The notes under the pieces are model-generated. The model had not been told where the DNA came from. It was given only the letters and a program-made list of their open reading frames with translations, and did no database searches. A DNA stretch of 64,000 nucleotides, from the IMG/VR virus record IMGVR_UViG_3300010367_000170; one strand, given 5' to 3'. Within the stretch, counting starts at the first letter, position 1. Each line of letters opens with the position of its first letter. This DNA is from a virus. Taxonomy: Duplodnaviria; Heunggongvirae; Uroviricota; Caudoviricetes. Shown in pieces: positions 15,415 to 23,819 of the stretch. A program made the translations under genes and the position numbers.

Positions 15415-16919
15415 CAGCTGGGTCCGATCTCCTTGAGGCCGCCGTTGCCGAGTTCCTGCTGGCGGTAGTGCTCTACCGTCTGCATGTTCTGGCGGAACGC
15501 GTCGTCGGCGCGGGAGCGGACTTGCGGGGCCTGTTCTGGGTCGTCGTCCCAGCGTTCCTGGTTGAGCCACACGGACGGGTGGGGGGTGAACTGGATCTCC
15601 TTGCCGATCATCTGGCAGGTGTTGGCGTAGCTGGCTGCGGCTTCGATGATGCGGTGGGCGGGGGTGCCCTTGGCGACGGCGGCAAGGAAGGCTTTGCGGG
15701 CGGCTCCCTTGCCGGTGCGGCGCGGGTAGTAGTGCCAGAAGGTGTCGAAGTCTTGTTCGTTGTTCTGCTTCAGCGGGGCGGGGGCTGCGGGGAAGGCGAA
15801 CAGGGAGCCGTCGGCGGGGGCTTCTGTGTTGGGGTCGGACAGGAGGAGGTGTCCGGGGACGTTGTGGATCTTGCCGGTGTCGGCGAGGGTGTTGATCCAG
15901 TTGGAGATGTCAGTGGGGGTGATGTCGTCGTCGTAGCGGAAGAGTTCCGCTTTGAGGTAACGCGTATCGGAGACGATCATGGAGGCGGTGTCTGCGAGGC
16001 TGCGAAGCCCCAGGTAGAACAGCCGGATGCCGATGGGGAGGGTTCCCAGGGCAGGGTCGGTGAACGGTGTCATCGCGGCTCTTTCGGTAGTGCGTGGGGA
16101 ATACGTTACCGCGATCTTTGCCTCAACGGGAAGATCGCTTCCGGGCTGGCAAACCGCCGGAGAAACCTCCTCCCGCACTCCTCCGGCACCACTCACCTTA
16201 CGAGGCACGGCAAGCCCCAAGAGGCGCCTAGCAAAGCCCCTAGCCACCCTCCTGGTGGTCCTCCGGTCCGCAGCCGGTCCGGCCCCAACCGGCAACAAGC
16301 CCAAGTGAGGTTCCCGCCTAGCGCTACCCGTAGGCTCCGGACCTGCTTCTGGTCCGGTCTTCATCGGCAAAGCCGATGGATAGATATCTGCGCGCGGCTC
16401 TCCTTGAGAGTTGTCTTCACAAAGCGAGCCGCTAGACCTGTTGTCGCTAGTAAAACCACCGGTCTGTAGATGGTATACGTAATTTTGGCTCTGACCTGCG
16501 TAAACGTCCTCCTGCGGCTCCCACTCCGGATCTTGTTCCTGAGCCTCACGCCAAGCCTGCTCCCGCGCCTCCGAAACCTCCTCCGGCAACGGACACTCCG
16601 GGGTCCCCCCAAGCCGGTACTTCACTACCGGCCGTCTCCGGTCGCAGGGAGCCTCGCCGTCTTGGAGTATGAGCCGGAGGTCACGGAGCTTCCGCAGAGC
16701 CTTCTCGACAGCGCTACGGCTGTAGGAAACCCGCTCCTGAATCCAGGAGATACACAACCGGAACCGATCCCACATAGACCGGCGTGTCCACGACGCGACC
16801 ACGTACAACACCGACGTCTCGCAGCCCGACAAGCCATAGAACTCGGCAGTGTCGGCAGCCCACGCAACAGCGAATTCGTTACTTCCATCAAGCAGGGGCT
16901 TGGACCGGTGGCTCCGCAT
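15411..16919 (-). CDS. Lambda-O-like replication initiator candidate: N-terminal winged-HTH, low-complexity linker, C-terminal conserved domain (502 aa ORF)
   Basis: N-terminal ISWIQERVSYSRSAVEKALRKLRDLRLI is a wHTH. C-terminal FWHYYPRRTGKGAARKAF..WLNQERWDDD has very high GC3. The middle ~140 codons have low GC3 and contain an AT-rich stretch plus iteron-like motifs. An internal ATG at 16073 could alternatively start a separate 221-aa product. Confidence 0.5.
   Translation of the reverse strand: MRSHRSKPLLDGSNEFAVAWAADTAEFYGLSGCETSVLYVVASWTRRSMWDRFRLCISWIQERVSYSRSAVEKALRKLRDLRLILQDGEAPCDRRRPVVKYRLGGTPECPLPEEVSEAREQAWREAQEQDPEWEPQEDVYAGQSQNYVYHLQTGGFTSDNRSSGSLCEDNSQGEPRADIYPSALPMKTGPEAGPEPTGSARREPHLGLLPVGAGPAADRRTTRRVARGFARRLLGLAVPRKVSGAGGVREEVSPAVCQPGSDLPVEAKIAVTYSPRTTERAAMTPFTDPALGTLPIGIRLFYLGLRSLADTASMIVSDTRYLKAELFRYDDDITPTDISNWINTLADTGKIHNVPGHLLLSDPNTEAPADGSLFAFPAAPAPLKQNNEQDFDTFWHYYPRRTGKGAARKAFLAAVAKGTPAHRIIEAAASYANTCQMIGKEIQFTPHPSVWLNQERWDDDPEQAPQVRSRADDAFRQNMQTVEHYRQQELGNGGLKEIGPSW
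16099..16490. promoter_or_regulatory. Putative intragenic origin-like region (iteron-like CGCTAG/CCTAGC repeats, GAATACGTTACCGCG motif, AT-rich GGTATACGTAATTTTGG)
   Basis: Low GC3 in the host ORF frame. Five or more copies of (C/G)CTAGC within about 230 bp. AT-rich block at 16472-16490. Analogous to lambda ori inside gene O. Confidence 0.3.
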
Positions 16920-17075
16920 CAGCTACGTTGTACCTATCTGTTTGGACCAACACTCAGATACACACCTATTGGCCGTCGGGACGGATGACCTGGTGTAGCG
17001 ACAAAGGTTCCTTGATCTCGGACCTTCAGCGCGTCGGAGCCCCATGGTGCAGGATCACCGGGGGCTCCAAACTTT

Positions 17076-17411
17076 TCACGAGCCTATCTGCGGCACGACC
17101 CCCGGGTAAAGCCGCCCACGACCTGGCCTAAGACGCCTGGGAACTTCAACAACGAGGTCAGATGGGCGCCACACCGCCGTTTCGATCCCAGCTGAAGCCA
17201 GAACCCGCAGCCAAAGCTTCTGGTCCTCTGTCAACCGACCTGTCGCAGACTTCAACTCCGCGAACAGGACACGCCGCTGCCGCTCATTCAGCAGGATCAG
17301 GTCAGGGCAGCCGCGAGCGCTGACTCTCCGAGAGTCAGGAACGTGATAGGCGATCCACCCGAACCTCTCAGCCAGCTCCATCACCGCCGTCTGCAACTGC
17401 GCCTCCGTCAT
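17076..17411 (-). CDS. VRR-NUC domain nuclease
   Basis: MTEAQLQTAVMELAERFGWIAYHV...GCPDLILL..FAELKSATGRLTEDQKLWL fits the VRR-NUC consensus. The N-terminal 56 aa of the listed ORF look non-coding. Confidence 0.7.
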   Translation of the reverse strand: MTEAQLQTAVMELAERFGWIAYHVPDSRRVSARGCPDLILLNERQRRVLFAELKSATGRLTEDQKLWLRVLASAGIETAVWRPSDLVVEVPRRLRPGRGRLYPGVVPQIGS

Positions 17412-17664
17412 CGCCGGAGTACGCGGCAAGGAGTTCCTTGACGATGTCCTTACCGCTGGGCTCCCGGTCCTCGTTTTCCTCCCACCGGTCAACGTCCCAC
17501 TCCTCACACGATTCCGCATCCCGCTCTGGCGACTCCACCCGTTCCCGCTGCACCGCATCCAGGCCCCAGTAGCGCACAAGAAAAGCGGCAGCCTTCCGCT
17601 GCCGCGCCAACCGGCGCCGGTAGTGGAAGGCTGCTCTGCTCTCGCCTACTCGCTGTCGATCCAC
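17368..17664 (-). CDS. Acidic hypothetical protein (98 aa)
   Basis: Fills the 234-nt gap between paralog C and VRR-NUC. Moderate GC3. No clear RBS. Overlaps both neighbours. Confidence 0.3.
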   Translation of the reverse strand: MDRQRVGESRAAFHYRRRLARQRKAAAFLVRYWGLDAVQRERVESPERDAESCEEWDVDRWEENEDREPSGKDIVKELLAAYSGDDGGAVADGGDGAG

Positions 17665-18083
17665 CCCATGAAGTATGCAGTGAACCCCAGGAACAGGCTG
17701 ATCACCTCAACGGCGGTGTCCCAGCCGCCACGCTCCATCACGTCCTCCCACACCGCCTGGACGCGAGCGCCGTCACCGTCTTCCATAGCGAACAACAGCC
17801 CGCAGAACGCTCCCCGGCTACGCGGATCCTCCACCGGGGCGTCCGCGATGTTCAACGCCATGTTCTCGATGAGGCGGTGGACATTGGACTGTCCGTGGGC
17901 CTCCCGCGCCCAGGAGTGCCAGATACCCATCATCATCGGCAGCAGATGCGGCCGGTCCTGATAGACGTCGCACGCCAGACGCGTCAACAGCTCCATGTCG
18001 TCTTCACCGGCGATACGCAGGAACTCGCGCGCAAGACGGTCAGCGTCGGCTACAGCCTGGTTGACCGCCTCCTCATTGATCAC
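17646..18083 (-). CDS. Paralog C of a tandem triplicated family (146 aa), GTGA-coupled
   Basis: GTG 18083 overlaps TGA of paralog B. Shares W-rich core (IWHSWARE) and C-terminal SLFLGF motif with B and A. Confidence 0.45.
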   Translation of the reverse strand: MINEEAVNQAVADADRLAREFLRIAGEDDMELLTRLACDVYQDRPHLLPMMMGIWHSWAREAHGQSNVHRLIENMALNIADAPVEDPRSRGAFCGLLFAMEDGDGARVQAVWEDVMERGGWDTAVEVISLFLGFTAYFMGWIDSE

Positions 18084-18538
18084 TCCCGTACCGCGTTCGC
18101 GAACAAGCTGCCGAACATGGACGACATCAAGGTCATCACCTCCCAGGCGACCGGCCAACCGTCCTGCTGGTCCACGACCCGCGCCCACGCCTTCGTGGAC
18201 TTGACCGGGCTGCGGTCCTGCATTCCGTACAGCATGTCGCAGATCACCGCCCTTGACGAGGATTCCTGCAAGGGAGCGCCAGCGATGTTGGAGGTGACCT
18301 GTAACACCGCAGCTTCGGCGGAGGTCTTGCCGCACAGGTTCGCGGCGATGTCGTACCAGATGGCGAAGGCGGTCGGGACCACATCCTTGTGCTCTTCCCA
18401 GACGTACCGGGCAGCCTTGTCGAAGTCGGGGTGGTTCTGCATCGACATGTCCAGCAGGGTGTTGGCGACGCTCGCCGCGCGCACCATGAAGTCCTGGTAT
18501 TCGCGCATAGCGCGCCTACGCTTCCGGTTCTCGAACAC
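18080..18538 (-). CDS. Paralog B of the tandem family (152 aa)
   Basis: GTG 18538, 3 nt after TAA of paralog A. AIWYDIAANL ... SMFGSLFANAV. Confidence 0.45.
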   Translation of the reverse strand: MFENRKRRRAMREYQDFMVRAASVANTLLDMSMQNHPDFDKAARYVWEEHKDVVPTAFAIWYDIAANLCGKTSAEAAVLQVTSNIAGAPLQESSSRAVICDMLYGMQDRSPVKSTKAWARVVDQQDGWPVAWEVMTLMSSMFGSLFANAVRE

Positions 18539-18541
18539 CCC

Positions 18542-19024
18542 TTACTCGCAGTCGGCGGAGGCGGAGGGTGGGGCCAGGACGCTGCGGGCGAAGCCAAGGA
18601 ACACGGACGCGACGTCCACGGTGAGGTCTTCGTCTGGCGCTACTGTCCGCATCCACATCTCGGTGAACCGTTCGTGTTCGTCCTGGGACAGATGCAGCAT
18701 CAGACCGCGTCCGAAGCTCAACGGCAGGCCCTGCCGCCTGTACTCCTCGTGGGGCATGTCCTTGTTGAGGTTGTCCAGTTGCGTCTGGAGCTTCTGCGCG
18801 ACGATACGAGCGGCCTGCGTGGTAGCGGTGCTGCCGCGTTCTCCCTGGCACATCTGGTACCAGATGACGATGGTACGGCCCAGGGTGGCGCGGTCGGATT
18901 CCCTCAGCAGCCGGTTGACTTCGGTGAGGTTTTCCATGTCGTTGTGAGCGAGGAGGGTGACGGCGAGGATACCGGCGGGATCCTCCATACGCGTCTCAGC
19001 GGCCTTGTTGTGTTCGTTCTCCAC
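18542..19024 (-). CDS. Paralog A of the tandem family (160 aa)
   Basis: ACGGAGGAAAC then GTG 19024. The longer listed ORF to 19123 has no RBS. IVIWYQMCQ ... SVFLGFARSV. Confidence 0.45.
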   Translation of the reverse strand: MENEHNKAAETRMEDPAGILAVTLLAHNDMENLTEVNRLLRESDRATLGRTIVIWYQMCQGERGSTATTQAARIVAQKLQTQLDNLNKDMPHEEYRRQGLPLSFGRGLMLHLSQDEHERFTEMWMRTVAPDEDLTVDVASVFLGFARSVLAPPSASADCE

Positions 19025-19141
19025 GTTTCCTCCGTTTTTGAGAAGCGGTAACCGGGCTATACGATACTCTACGAACTCGCCGCCGAAACCGGACGGCACG
19101 CCACCCATGAACACCCCTGTCACCTACCGGAGGGAACAACC

Positions 19142-19774
19142 ATGAACCTCAAGCGCCGTCTCGCGACGGCCACCGCCGTCGGCGTCACTGCCGCCACGCT
19201 CACCGCGTGCGCCGACCACCACCACGTCGTGGCCGTACCGCAGACCAACGCCGTCGCCTACGCTCCCCCGTACCTCGGGGAAAACGGCATGTGCTACTAC
19301 GTGGACAGCCCCGGCGAAGTGGCCAACCTCATCGCCGGTGGCCTGTGCCAGCCGGGCTGGCGCCCCGTCGTGATGCCGCTGGATTGGCACTACCGCTACG
19401 CCGACTACATCGCCTCCCCGGCGTACTACAACGTGTACGCCCTCCCCGGAGACCGGGGCGGATGGGGCCGCCAGTGGGGTACCCAGTCCACGTTCTACAC
19501 CACCAACATCACCATCATCCACGCCAAGGAGAAGACCGCCACCTACAAGGGCAGCGACGGCAAGACCGTCACCGGCAACATCACCACCTTCGCCCCGCCC
19601 AAGACCAAGGCGCCGACGTCCGCGCCGCTGCCCGCCGGAGCCCGCTCCTCCGCGCCGCTGCCGGTCGGCGGCGCCCGCTCCACCGCTCCGGCTCCGGCAG
19701 CGTCCACGGCCAAGCCCTTGTCCGGCGGAGGTGCCCGCAGCAATCCGGCGCCTCCGAGGGTGAGCGCACGCTGA
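19142..19774 (+). CDS. Secreted lipoprotein (signal peptide plus lipobox LTAC)
   Basis: CCGGAGGGAACAACC then ATG. MNLKRRLATATAVGVTAATLTAC. Pro/Ala-rich C-terminus. Confidence 0.7.
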   Translation: MNLKRRLATATAVGVTAATLTACADHHHVVAVPQTNAVAYAPPYLGENGMCYYVDSPGEVANLIAGGLCQPGWRPVVMPLDWHYRYADYIASPAYYNVYALPGDRGGWGRQWGTQSTFYTTNITIIHAKEKTATYKGSDGKTVTGNITTFAPPKTKAPTSAPLPAGARSSAPLPVGGARSTAPAPAASTAKPLSGGGARSNPAPPRVSAR

Positions 19775-20184
19775 TGGCCTCCTGGGAACGTTCCATCGCC
19801 CACAAGACGTGGGTGGAGGTGAGCATCAACACTCCCTGCTTCAGCGGCGACCTGTATGCCGCCTCCTCCGAGGCGCGTACGCAGTACTACAAGCACAAGG
19901 GACAGGTGCCCGACTCCGACGACGCGTTCGAGATCCTGACCGGCGACGACAAGATCACCATCCGGTTCGAGACCACCGAAAAGCGCGTTGCACAGCTGAA
20001 CGACACCATCCAAGCCGACCAGCTGAGACGCGCCACAGAACTCCTCGCCGCCATCGCCACCGACTGCGTCGGCAACAAGTCCGGATACTGCACGGTACAC
20101 AGCCGCTACGACGCGAATGACAACTGCTACCACGCCCTGGCCCGCGACTTCCTGACCAACCTGGAGGAGAACCCCTATGCCTGA
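19774..20184 (+). CDS. Hypothetical protein (136 aa), ATGA-coupled
   Basis: ATG 19774 overlaps upstream TGA. Good coding in frame. Confidence 0.6.
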   Translation: MASWERSIAHKTWVEVSINTPCFSGDLYAASSEARTQYYKHKGQVPDSDDAFEILTGDDKITIRFETTEKRVAQLNDTIQADQLRRATELLAAIATDCVGNKSGYCTVHSRYDANDNCYHALARDFLTNLEENPYA

Positions 20185-20464
20185 CGAGATCACCCCCTGG
20201 TGGACCGTCGTCGGCTGCTGGCCCGACCTGAACGACATCAACCGTTCCCAGCGGTGGATGGACAACTACCAGGCCGTGACCCCGCAGCTGGCAGAGGACA
20301 TGGCCCGGTTCGAAGCCCAGCAGGGATGGACCGCGTCCGGCCGCCCCGGTGACGCCCTGTTCATCGTGACCGGCGTGTTCCCCGGCAAGCACTCCTCTGC
20401 CGACGCCACGTACGCCTACTATGCCGACCCCGGTATCCCTGCCCCGCAGACGCTGCCGGAATAG
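20177..20464 (+). CDS. Hypothetical protein (95 aa)
   Basis: GGAGGAGAACCCCT then ATG. Confidence 0.6.
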   Translation: MPDEITPWWTVVGCWPDLNDINRSQRWMDNYQAVTPQLAEDMARFEAQQGWTASGRPGDALFIVTGVFPGKHSSADATYAYYADPGIPAPQTLPE

Positions 20465-20520
20465 CAACAAAGGGCACGCCTGGGGGAATGGCCTGGGCGT
20501 GCCCGACTTCAGGAGAACGC

Positions 20521-22338
20521 ATGGGATACAACACCAAGTTCAGCGGCACCATCTTCACCGAACCGCAGATGGACTGGACGATGCGCGCCGCCATCCGCGA
20601 ATACTGCGCCAACGCCGACGTCGGCAAGGTCCGCGAGAACTCCGACCTGGACGGCACCTGCGACTGGAAGCCGTCCGACACCGATTTCTCCGGCCTGATA
20701 CACAACGGCATGGAGAAGTCGTACGACCAGGACAAGTGGCTCCGAGCGCTCATCAACGACCTGTTGAAACCTGCCGGGTTCGTCTGCAACGGCGTCATCG
20801 AATGCCAGGGCGAGCAGGCCGGTGACATCTGGCGGATCTACGTCCGCGACAACGAGGTCACCCGGGATGACCTGGCCCCCGGCGCCGTCTGGGAAGACCA
20901 GTATGTCTCCGAACCTTCCTATGCCGAGAAGGTCAACGCTCCGCTGACAGAAGACACGGTGACCGCCCTCGACAAGGAGTTGACCAGCGGCAACATCGCC
21001 AGGTACCGGCGCGCCAGGTACCCGCAGCAGGACGCCGAACTGTTCACTGCCGCCCAAGCAGATGAGGCCCTGAACGCTCTGCGGGCGAGGCTGCACAACA
21101 CCCCGCCGGAACCGGAACCGGCGCCTTCCATGTCTTCCGTCGGCGCCGCTCTACGAGACCTGGGCAACGCCATCGCCTTCAAAGCCACCCAAGGCGTGGA
21201 CGCCGTCGCCAGCTTCGTCACCGACATCGAAGGCGCTTTGGAGCTGTGCACCGAACAAGGCGACATGGCCCCTTTGGACGCCTTGTTCAAGTCCCTCCGT
21301 GACGAACACGACGCTGAAGCCGAACAGGCAGCCAAGTCCGCTGCCGTAGACGACGACATCCCCTCCGAGGGGTTCGCGTCCAGCAACATCGACCCGCCGG
21401 AAGGCTACGGCATCCCCGAAGAGGTCAAGGCGTACGTACGGGAACAGCTGGAAGGCAACAGGGGCTCCCAGGCCGCCTTGATGATTCTCCAGGCGGTTCA
21501 CGATGACGACGTGGACGCCTTGGAAGAGCGCACCGAGAAGCTGAACATCCCGGAGTTCACGCAAGGTCTGGACGATGCCTGGCGGCTCGCCGCCGCGAAC
21601 ATCGCCAAGGCCAGTCTTCCCGCTCCCGCTCCGAAACTCACAGCCGAAGACGTCACGAGCAGGTACCTCATGACGTTGGATCAGGCCCAGGAGATGATCG
21701 ACGGTGGGGCCATCGAGTCCGGCGGCATCCTCTTCGTCAACGAAGCCGCCCGTGACGAGTTCGCCGCTTGGGTGAAAGCCGACCGGGAAACGGCTGAAGC
21801 CGAACACGAAGCCGCCTGGAAGAAGATCCACGCCGAGCAGGCGGAGGAGGAGAAAGTCAGGGAGCAGCTGCGGTACTACGACACCCACGACTCCGTCACC
21901 GGCCAGGACATCCCGGACCTCTCCGAGGAGGACGAAGCCGCAGCAGCGGCCACCCTGGACAAGGCCATCGAAGACGGCACCGCCGGATACACCGTGGCTC
22001 CTCCGGAACGCCGTTTCCTGGACGATGACAACCTGGAGACCTGGGACAGGGAATCCCGGCAGACGCCCGGGAAGACGATCAAGGAAGTCATCGGTGCCGA
22101 CATCCCGCCCAGCCTGTGGGATTCCCTCGACAGCCCCAACGATCACCTGTGGATGATCTGGTCCAACAAGTACAGCCTGTGGTGGATGCCCAACAGCGTC
22201 GGCTACACCGAACACCCCGGCAGCGCCGGACGGTTCACCCTGGAACAGGCCACCGCCATCGTCCTCAAGTCCTGCCGGGGATGGGACCCAGCGCAGTCCT
22301 CTGTGCCGCCGACAACGATCGTGCCCGAACACATCTGA
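20521..22338 (+). CDS. Large acidic hypothetical protein (605 aa)
   Basis: TTCAGGAGAACGC then ATG 20521. Long high-GC3 ORF. Confidence 0.65.
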   Translation: MGYNTKFSGTIFTEPQMDWTMRAAIREYCANADVGKVRENSDLDGTCDWKPSDTDFSGLIHNGMEKSYDQDKWLRALINDLLKPAGFVCNGVIECQGEQAGDIWRIYVRDNEVTRDDLAPGAVWEDQYVSEPSYAEKVNAPLTEDTVTALDKELTSGNIARYRRARYPQQDAELFTAAQADEALNALRARLHNTPPEPEPAPSMSSVGAALRDLGNAIAFKATQGVDAVASFVTDIEGALELCTEQGDMAPLDALFKSLRDEHDAEAEQAAKSAAVDDDIPSEGFASSNIDPPEGYGIPEEVKAYVREQLEGNRGSQAALMILQAVHDDDVDALEERTEKLNIPEFTQGLDDAWRLAAANIAKASLPAPAPKLTAEDVTSRYLMTLDQAQEMIDGGAIESGGILFVNEAARDEFAAWVKADRETAEAEHEAAWKKIHAEQAEEEKVREQLRYYDTHDSVTGQDIPDLSEEDEAAAAATLDKAIEDGTAGYTVAPPERRFLDDDNLETWDRESRQTPGKTIKEVIGADIPPSLWDSLDSPNDHLWMIWSNKYSLWWMPNSVGYTEHPGSAGRFTLEQATAIVLKSCRGWDPAQSSVPPTTIVPEHI

Positions 22339-23819
22339 CGACGACCCAAGACATCTCTGCCCTCCCCTTCACGACTTCCCAACCCCGGCCCCCGCCCCGC
22401 GACTAGCCCATACTCCTCCGCCCTGCCCGCCCGACGAACCTCCCCCTTACGGCCCTTCCCCGTTCGCTCGACTCCTCAGCGCCTGCCTTACCGCGACGAC
22501 ATGTCACCCCGAACCCAGCCCAACCGACTACCCGCTACATCCCAGACCCCTCCGACCGACGAACCTGACCGAAACACACCAGCCCGGACCGACTACACGC
22601 CGCATCCCTGCCCGCGACCGCCCCGACTACCCGACGTACGCCCTGCCCGCCCGACTACCCTGCACATGCCATTTCCCCCGACTTACCAGTGCAGGTCCCC
22701 CCAGCCTTCACGACCCAGACTGACAAACCGTCCCAAGCCGTCCCCGCTGACTGTCCGCATCCCCTCCAGACCGACTACCCCGCACGCCCCTCCCCTGCCG
22801 ACGACCCTTGCCGTCCCATAGACGACAGTCCCAACCGAACCTCACCAGGCCCTACGACTTGCCCGCACAGCACACGCCGACCCGAAACATCCCTCACGAC
22901 AAGTCTGACCCCTTCGAGCCGTCCCAACCCGACCCTCGCGACATCCCGTCCCCACTCCTCCCGGACCTGACCTAACGACAGACCACAACTTTCCAGCGCC
23001 GCCCTGCCCGCGCGACTAGACGACCCATACCAGCTCCCCCCGGACCGACTACCCTCTGCTATCCGGCCCGTCTCATCCCCCTCCAAGCCGACTCCCCCCT
23101 TGAACCGTTCCCGCCCAAACGACAGTCCGGCGCTTATCTCGCCAGGCCGCACGACATCCCCACCCCATACGCACCGCGCCGACGGCCCCCCACCGAACAT
23201 GCCTTGTCTGTTCGACAAACCAGTTCTACCCATCCGACATGCCGACCCGACTCCACGCCGCTCCAAGCCGCACGACATGCCACCCCAGGACAATCCGAGC
23301 GACTTCACGTGTCTTTCCGAGACTTCCCAACTCCCGCGACTACACGAGCCTGGACAACTCTTCCCCGCGCGACATGTCCCCCCGACACCCGACACCCCAA
23401 CCCGTACGACATTCCTTTCCTGCCCGGCTCATTACGACTTCCCGTCCCATCACTCCCCGGCACCTGCCGACAATCCGCATCCTCCCTTGCCAACCGACAT
23501 GTCACCTCCACCCACGCCAGGCGACTTCCCAATTCGACTCAGCCCCGCGTCACTCCAAACCAGCCGACAGACCTCCCCGCGTCTCTCATGCCCGACCCTC
23601 GCCGACTGACCGCCGCATGACACGCCAGTCCAAAACACACGACTAGTCCACTCACCCCCCAACTGCCCTACCCGACAACCCAACGCCTCTCCGGCCGCAG
23701 TGACTAGACAATCCTCTCCACCCCATTCCAAACGACTTGCCTCCACCTCCCATGCCCTCCCCCCAAAATCTCCGGCCAGCGATTCTCTGGCCCGGTCCAC
23801 CCCCAAGAAAGGCACAACC
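22339..23819 (+). repeat. 1.48 kb non-coding, strongly strand-asymmetric C-rich (G-poor on plus strand) region with dispersed iteron-like repeats
   Basis: No frame shows coding GC3. All three plus frames are open only because stop codons need purines. At least 11 copies of CGACTA(C/G) (CCGACTACCC), at least 6 copies of CGACATG(T/C)C(A/C)CC, and repeated CCTGCCCGC(C/G)CGAC. The minus strand is G-run rich. Confidence 0.6.

Noticed and set aside
15411-16073. Treating the C-terminal 221 codons (internal ATG 16073) as a separate gene from the wHTH N-terminal part
   Set aside because: No stop codon separates them, so the N-terminal domain could not terminate. Kept as one O-like ORF with the alternative noted.
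14707-16469. Plus-strand ORFs 14707..15468 and 15384..16469
   Set aside because: Antisense to strongly coding minus genes. Low-complexity G/V/R composition.
17877-19051. Plus ORFs 17877..18947 (356 aa, S/R-rich) and 18389..19051
   Set aside because: Antisense shadows of the three paralog genes.
22501-23646. Pro/Thr-rich plus ORFs (22501..22821, 22689..22970, 23100..23609, 23204..23620, 23239..23646) and G/R-rich minus ORF 22775..23395
   Set aside because: All three frames are open because the C-rich sequence lacks stop codons. GC3 is about 65% with no preferred frame, so the region is treated as non-coding repeat DNA.
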